Below are positions 57,317-64,000 of a DNA stretch of 64,000 nt, piece after piece (positions within the stretch are counted from its first letter, which is position 1; every line of letters begins with the position of its first letter). Both the position numbers and the translations under genes were made by a program. The stretch is from the human T2T-CHM13v2.0 reference genome, Homo sapiens: the NCBI RefSeq assembly GCF_009914755.1, contig NC_060935.1. One strand, written 5' to 3'. Under the pieces are notes generated by a model that worked only from the letters and a program-made list of their open reading frames with translations, had not been told where the DNA came from and did not search any database.

Positions 57317-59175
57317 CTGGGTTCAAAGAAGTTCTGTAATTGTGGAAAAGTATTTCTCATTTCCAATAACTGTACAGAAGTTTTTTTTCTGAAATATGTC
57401 TGAGGAGGTTTCCAAGCCTCATCCCATCTGTAGATTGGTTCATTTCTCTAAAAACAGGCTATTAACTTCAAATCTAATTTATGCATGAAAAAGAACAAAA
57501 TCTCTTAATCTTCAGATTTTGAATGATTGGTTAGTTGTCACAGAAACAGTAGATTTGAGTGCTGTGAAGGATTTTATTAGTGGTTCAATTGTTCATCAAA
57601 ATCTATCATTATTACTTATAGGATGTGGTTTAAGAATAATTATAGCCTTTAAGTTTGGCCAACTGGCTTGAGTAAACTTATATGTTGTGCTTAGCAATAC
57701 AAATAATGGTATCTGTTTTGTTCTGCATTAATAATTCAGTATAAAATAAGAAGTTCATCTTGGCTTGTGACCTAGGATAGGCTACATCCTGCATGTCATG
57801 GAGGAGGGAGAGGACCATGCTCTGTGTGATTTACACTTTAATTATCGTGAACTAGGTAAAAGAAATATCAATAAATTACAATTTAGTCTCTGGAAGACAG
57901 CAGACACTTTTCACAAGGGTTTCTCTTTAACTGGTACAGAACCAGAACTTAGAACATCTTATAAGTAGTTGTTTTGGCACCTAATGAAATCCTAATGTAA
58001 CATCTTGTTTCTAGGACCCATAGAAATCAAGCTACAGAATCAGGTGAGTACCTTAATTATAAAACACCAGGAATGTGTAGAAGAAATCACAATTTTAATG
58101 GCAATGTCTTTAAAAAGTGTATTATTACACAACACGGAGTACCAGCACATTCTTACCATATTTTACTACCATGATAACTTTTAAGATACTAATTATTAAT
58201 TCTATTTAAAAATATTTTTCCTAATGTTAAATGTAGGCTTCACCAAGGATCACTGGTCAAAGACCGTTTTTAAATTAAACAGGCAGCTGATTCCTATCTC
58301 ATAAAGATGCGTATGTATCAGAGGTCTAAAGTGGTTAGAATAGTACAAAATGATATGTTATTATTACTTGCCCTTATAAATTGTTATTTATTTAAAAATT
58401 TTAAATTCCGAGTTAACCTAATTCATTTTTTTCCATTAACTTATTTCAAATAGCAATATGTAATATAGCCAAAATAAGTGCATTATTCAGCATACTGAAG
58501 CGTAACAGAAATACTTTAAAATGTTAATTTATTCACATACCTTCCATTGATTCATTCAACATATACCTAACACTTGATAGATGCAAGTGATACAAAACAC
58601 TTCTGTCTATACACTTATGGAAATAACAGTCACAATCTTTTGATCTCAGTGGTTTCATGGAGTTTACAATCTTTGGTGAATGTTAAGAATTAGGGAGGAA
58701 CGCACAGTCAACAAGACATAAGAAAAATAGCAGCTCAAAGAGTGGTAAGCAGTATGTGGAAACTGAAGTTGGAAATGCAGATAGGAAGTATGAGGGTGGA
58801 ATCTGATACAGTAGAATGAGTGAGTTGGAGAGCCCTAAAGATAAGAGTCCAAGGTTATGATGAGTGCAATAATGCATGGCCAGATAGGCTGTTTATCATG
58901 ACTTTTGTTCTTTTATTCTGAGTGAAATAGAAAACTGTAGATGTTTTTGAGCAAAGAGTTGCATATATAACTACATTTAAAATCATTACTTTCATTGCCT
59001 TTTGATTCTGTTATTTTCTTCAATGTGCAGAAACTTTAAAGTTGGATCTGGTCCTACTTATCTATTTGGTCTTTTGAGAAGGCTATTGTAATAAACTAAG
59101 TGGTAGATTATAGTGAAACTTAATCCAGGCAGTAGTAAAAACTGTCAACACCTTTCATTCTTTATTTTAAAAATG

Positions 59176-59208
<33 letters not shown>

Positions 59209-59427
59209 GTATACACGTATATGTTCTTTATATAAAATCAATAATAAAACTTTTTGAGAAGTGTACTGGTTCATGTTGAATATTTTTAAACAATAGAAGT
59301 CATCCAGATACAACTATATTAAGATAAATGATTAAGCTGAATAAAATATAAAATAGGGAAATATGAATTACTATGAGTTAATGAATACAGTGCCCATATA
59401 CACACATATGTACATATATATATATAT

Positions 59428-59726
59428 ATTTTTTTTTTTCTGAAACAGGGTCTCACTGTTGTCATCCATGCTGGAGTGCAATAGTGTGATCATAGCTCAC
59501 TGTAACCTCAAATTCCGGAGCTCTTCCTACCTCAGCCTCCAAAGTAGCTAGGACTATAGGCGTACATCACCACACTTAGCTAATATTCTAATATTTTATA
59601 TTTGTTGCTGAGATGGAGTTTCCCTGTGTTGACCACTCTGGTCTTGAACTCCTGGCCTCAAGAGATCCTCCTTCCTCAGCCTCCCAAAGTACTGATATTA
59701 CAAGTATGAGCCACCATTCCTGGCCA
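59428..59726 (-). mobile_element. AluJ
   Basis: Antisense Alu; TSD AGTGCCCATAT brackets the element plus a TA-decayed tail. Confidence 0.85.
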
Positions 59727-59909
59727 GTGCCCATATCTCTTAGAGGCCAATTTGGAAAATAATTTTAAAAGATTGAAAAAATTGATTTGTGAATATAATT
59801 TTGCTACATTTGCTTAAAATGTGAAATATATCTTTATAATCATAGTTGTTGATCTTAAAATTAATTCTGATCACAATAATATACTTTCTACTGTAAGTAC
59901 ATCTCAGTT

Positions 59910-60005
59910 ATGGCTATGGACTGAATGTTTATGTCCCTCCAAAATTCATATGTTGAAATCTAATCCCCAACTTCATGGTGTTTAGAGGTAGGACCTTTGA
60001 AAGGC
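59910..60005 (+). mobile_element. MSTD/MLT1A LTR 5' fragment
   Basis: gctatggactgaatgtttatgtccctccaaaattcatatgttgaaatc. Confidence 0.75.
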
Positions 60006-60022
60006 AGTTTCTCTCCCTGTCT

Positions 60023-60038
60023 TTATATATATATAGAG

Positions 60039-60078
<40 letters not shown>
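60023..60078. repeat. Compound (TA)n(GA)n(GT)n microsatellite
   Basis: Seen directly. Confidence 0.95.
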
Positions 60079-60080
<2 letters not shown>

Positions 60081-61806
60081 ATATAACACATAACAAATAT
60101 ATAATACATATTTCTTTATGATACACATACAAATACATATTCTGTACTAGAAAATGGAAACATTTGCCAAGATTAGAGGACAACATACACTTTTTATGAC
60201 AACAAATACAACTAAAAACATTTACCACCCAATTTCTTAACAGATTTAAATGAATGCAGAGGCATATTTCTCAGCAGTACCACTGAAAACACATCTTAGT
60301 TTCCTCACCTCTTGCACAGATCCACTTCTAATTCTGTTCCACTACTCTAGTGCATTTTTAAAAATGTCGCTTCCACAAGACATTCAAAAGAAGGGAGCAG
60401 AGTAATTTTGGGGGGATATTTCTTTAAAGGACTCAAATTAGTTTGTGTGCATGTGTGTGGTATGTTTGGATTTTTCCCTTTAAAGTATATAGTAGAAAAC
60501 AAATATGAGCACCTACTTTTAATCCTGTCTGTCAAAGTAGACACTTAGAACTTGTTACAGTTTTTCTTGGCTCTATCCATTTTTATGTAAATAAGAAAAC
60601 ACTTTTTCCTATAGTTTTTCATAATACGAACTTGCTACAATGAAATGGATGAGTTAGGGATTCAATTGGTAATATCTCTGCCAATATTAGCCAATATTAA
60701 TTAAATCACAATCTGAGTGAAAAGTTAAAGCTTTCAGAGGTAGATAATATATATCAGGAACAAAACAATTCTACTCTTTGTGTAGCTTTATGCTTTCTTT
60801 GCTTTGACAATGAGTGATAAAATATTAAGAATGTTTAACCTATGCCAACAAAAATCTAATTGTGATAGGAAAGTGACATTAATTATTCTTATACAAAAGC
60901 TGGATGCAACCGAAATCTGTATAATGCAAGGTGTGGTTAATTTTTATAATGTCCATTAAAAACATTTTTATTATGAAGTACTTGGATCATTGTGAGTTCC
61001 ATAATCTCTTTATAGGAGGGATGTTCTCAGGGACATGGATCTATTTAGGAGAATTATTTTGTCTATCTTTTACAGAATAAATTTACTACATTTGATTAAA
61101 TCATTTTAATTAGGATAAACTGGCAAGAAACCTGATGGAGGTGGAAAAGTAAAAGCCTCCTGAGGTCGTGCTTTGCTGCAGCCTGTGATATGTGGAAAAA
61201 ATAATATAGTTATTGTAATACTCAAAAGTTTTACAGGCTTCAACAACTCACATGACTTCAGCTGCTAAAGTGATAGAATACATGTGTAAATTTGTGAGGG
61301 TTAAATTCAACAGGAAATAGTGAATATTTCAGATAACTGAATATTATGCACTCTAAGAAGTGCAAATTAGTGGGTAAGATAAATTTTTGTTAACAAATGA
61401 GCATTCAATAAAAACTATGTTAAATATTATATATATTTTTACAAAATATTGTAAGAAAAAATAAGTAAAATATGTTTATTAGATTTGCCAGGTAGAATTT
61501 AGTCAATCATGCATTCTTTCTAATCTGCAATCTCTAAATAAGTTGTTTCGACAACATAGTGTTTGTGTGTGCCGGTAAGAGTGAGCCTGTGTGCGTGTGT
61601 AATTATATGTGTAATTATAGTTTGAAACCCAATGATTGTGTGATAAATTTTATACATTCATACAGAGGTATATTTTAAAAATGTATTTATGCTTTAGGTC
61701 TGATATTTGTTTTAAAAATATTTGAAATTATCCAGGTTAGTACTTATTTTTCTTTAGTGATTGATGAATATGCCATTGTAAAGTTTACCTGTTATGAACT
61801 TTATAT

Positions 61807-62010
61807 CAAGCTTGTCCAACCCACAGCCCAGGACTGCTTTGAATGCAGCCCAACACAAATTTGTAAACTTCCTTAAAACATTGAGATTTTTGTGATTTTT
61901 TTTTCTTTTTAGCTCATCAGCTATCATTAGCATTAGTGTATTTTGTGTATAGCCCAAGACAATTCTTCTTCCAATATAGCCCAGGGAAGACAAAAGATTG
62001 GACACTCCTG
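61807..62010. mobile_element. MER30 (hAT-Charlie) element
   Basis: caagcttgtccaa...ttggacactcctg TIRs; 8-bp TSD cttta(t/g)at (61799-61806 and 62011-62018). Confidence 0.88.
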
Positions 62011-62604
62011 CTTTAGATTGCTTCTAGTTTCCTTTTTTTGGTCTAAAATTGAAATGCTAATACACTTTACGATACACATATCTTGCCTACTCATTTGTTT
62101 TGTACAGATTTCTAGAAATGAGATTTCAAATGATAGCATACATATTTTCAAAATTTTGAAAGATTTTACCAAATTATCTGCTAATAAGTTTGCACTGATT
62201 TATATTTCCCATATATTTTTATGTATTTTCTGTCCTGTTATCCCAACAGGATGTGAGTCAGTAAAACTACTGATAATTTCATGAAAAATATTAGATTGTT
62301 TGAATTTATATATGTAAATTATAATAGTTAAGAATAATTTTATTGGACTTCTTGCTTGTATACTTCCTCCTATATGAATAATATAATTCAGTGATTTTTT
62401 TCATTTTTTGCCAGGAAGAGTTTGAAAATATATTCCTTCTTTGATTTAAAGACTTTCTTGTTGAACGTTGAGTATATAATTTGCCATTTAGTTTGATTCT
62501 TGTAATCTTTAAATATGCTCATCCATGTAAAGTATAGAAACAACTTATGTAAAGTAATAATAAAACTTAAGAAAACTAATTATAAGAATTAGGATACTCA
62601 ACTA

Positions 62605-63090
<486 letters not shown>

Positions 63091-63749
63091 TAAACTCTAA
63101 AGTATTCCCATTCTGTAATAAGAATATAACTGACATATTTCTATATAGATCTTTCAAATTTTATCAACTGTATTCATAGACGTTTTATAATTTTGTTTTT
63201 TTGAATTGAGGCATTCTCCTTTTATGTTTTGGATATAGTTATTTGAGATATTTGCTTTGCATTCATAATTTCATAGTTTTGCAATTGTTTTTCTTGACTA
63301 GTTAGGGCAAACATACATTCTATACCTCAATATCTCATTTCCAATAGTTATATAAATTTTTTATTCTATTTTTTGTTGCATTATTTAAAACCTTTAAAAT
63401 ACTGGTGAGAAGGGTTGATATAAAAGTCATTTTTCTGTTATTTTTGTTTGTTGGTACTTTCTTTACTAGATATAGTTTTAATGTGCTTACTCTCTTTTCT
63501 AGTTATAATCTATCATATTTTATTCAATGTATAAATGATACCTTGCTTTCAATATTATAATTGATATAAGGTTGATATTAAATATCTTTATAAAAATTAA
63601 TAATCTACTATTAATAGATAGCGGATAATATGTATGGTTGAACTATAATTCATTTTACTCTCACGATTTAATAGGAAAAGTATTGTTGTGCTTCTTATTG
63701 TTCAGTTGTATATGTTTGCATTTCTGAAGTAATTTCTAATGTCAAATTT

Positions 63750-64000
63750 TGTGTTTTTAACAGATTCACCAAGATATAATTCACATAACATGCAATTCAC
63801 CATTTAAACTGTGTAATTGAATGGTTTTTGGTATATTCCTAGATAAATGTAGCAGTAACATCATCATCAATTTTAAAACATTTAATCTCCTTAAAAAACA
63901 AAACAAAGAACTTTATTTCCTTTAACTATTAGCATTTCCCCTTCACCCCCATCTCGTACTTCAGCTCCAAGCAAACACCTATTTTCTGTCCCCTTAGATT
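63750..64000 (-). mobile_element. Old L1M 3' end, continuing off the right edge
   Basis: agatataattcacataacatgcaattcaccatttaaactgtgtaatt...ggtatattc motif. Confidence 0.65.

Overview
AT-rich, repeat-dense primate genomic DNA, apparently human (Alu, L1PA, THE1/MST elements). The only gene I can support is the 3' end of LUZP2 (leucine zipper protein 2), + strand. Three coding exons (11670-11762, 38967-39044, 40192-40296) splice in phase 0 to give ...PQQSASGNNESSQVESTKEGNPSTTACDSQD|[26 protein letters not shown]|KLQMPPCSECEVKKAPEKPLTSFEGMAAREEKIL*. A 3' UTR of about 4 kb probably ends near 44280, followed by about 20 kb of intergenic DNA. Almost all ORF-track entries are spurious readings of repeats. 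I found no new protein-coding system; the interesting signal is in genome dynamics. (1) A ~1.1 kb fold-back/template-switch scar at 4936-6035 contains two near-identical inverted copies of nearby unique sequence around a two-orientation TA-rich minisatellite. (2) An insertion at 32939-33507 under one target-site duplication (TSD) holds two L1 3' ends separated by a hairpin-rich non-L1 segment, consistent with an L1 3' transduction. (3) A GC-rich poly(A)-tailed retrocopy of an unidentified transcript is nested inside an MST LTR at 56021-56510. (4) A tail-less Alu at 18449-18696 still has a perfect 14-bp TSD. (5) A twin-primed, 5'-inverted L1PA lies at 28825-29969. Repeat subfamily names come from recalled consensus sequences and need RepeatMasker confirmation.
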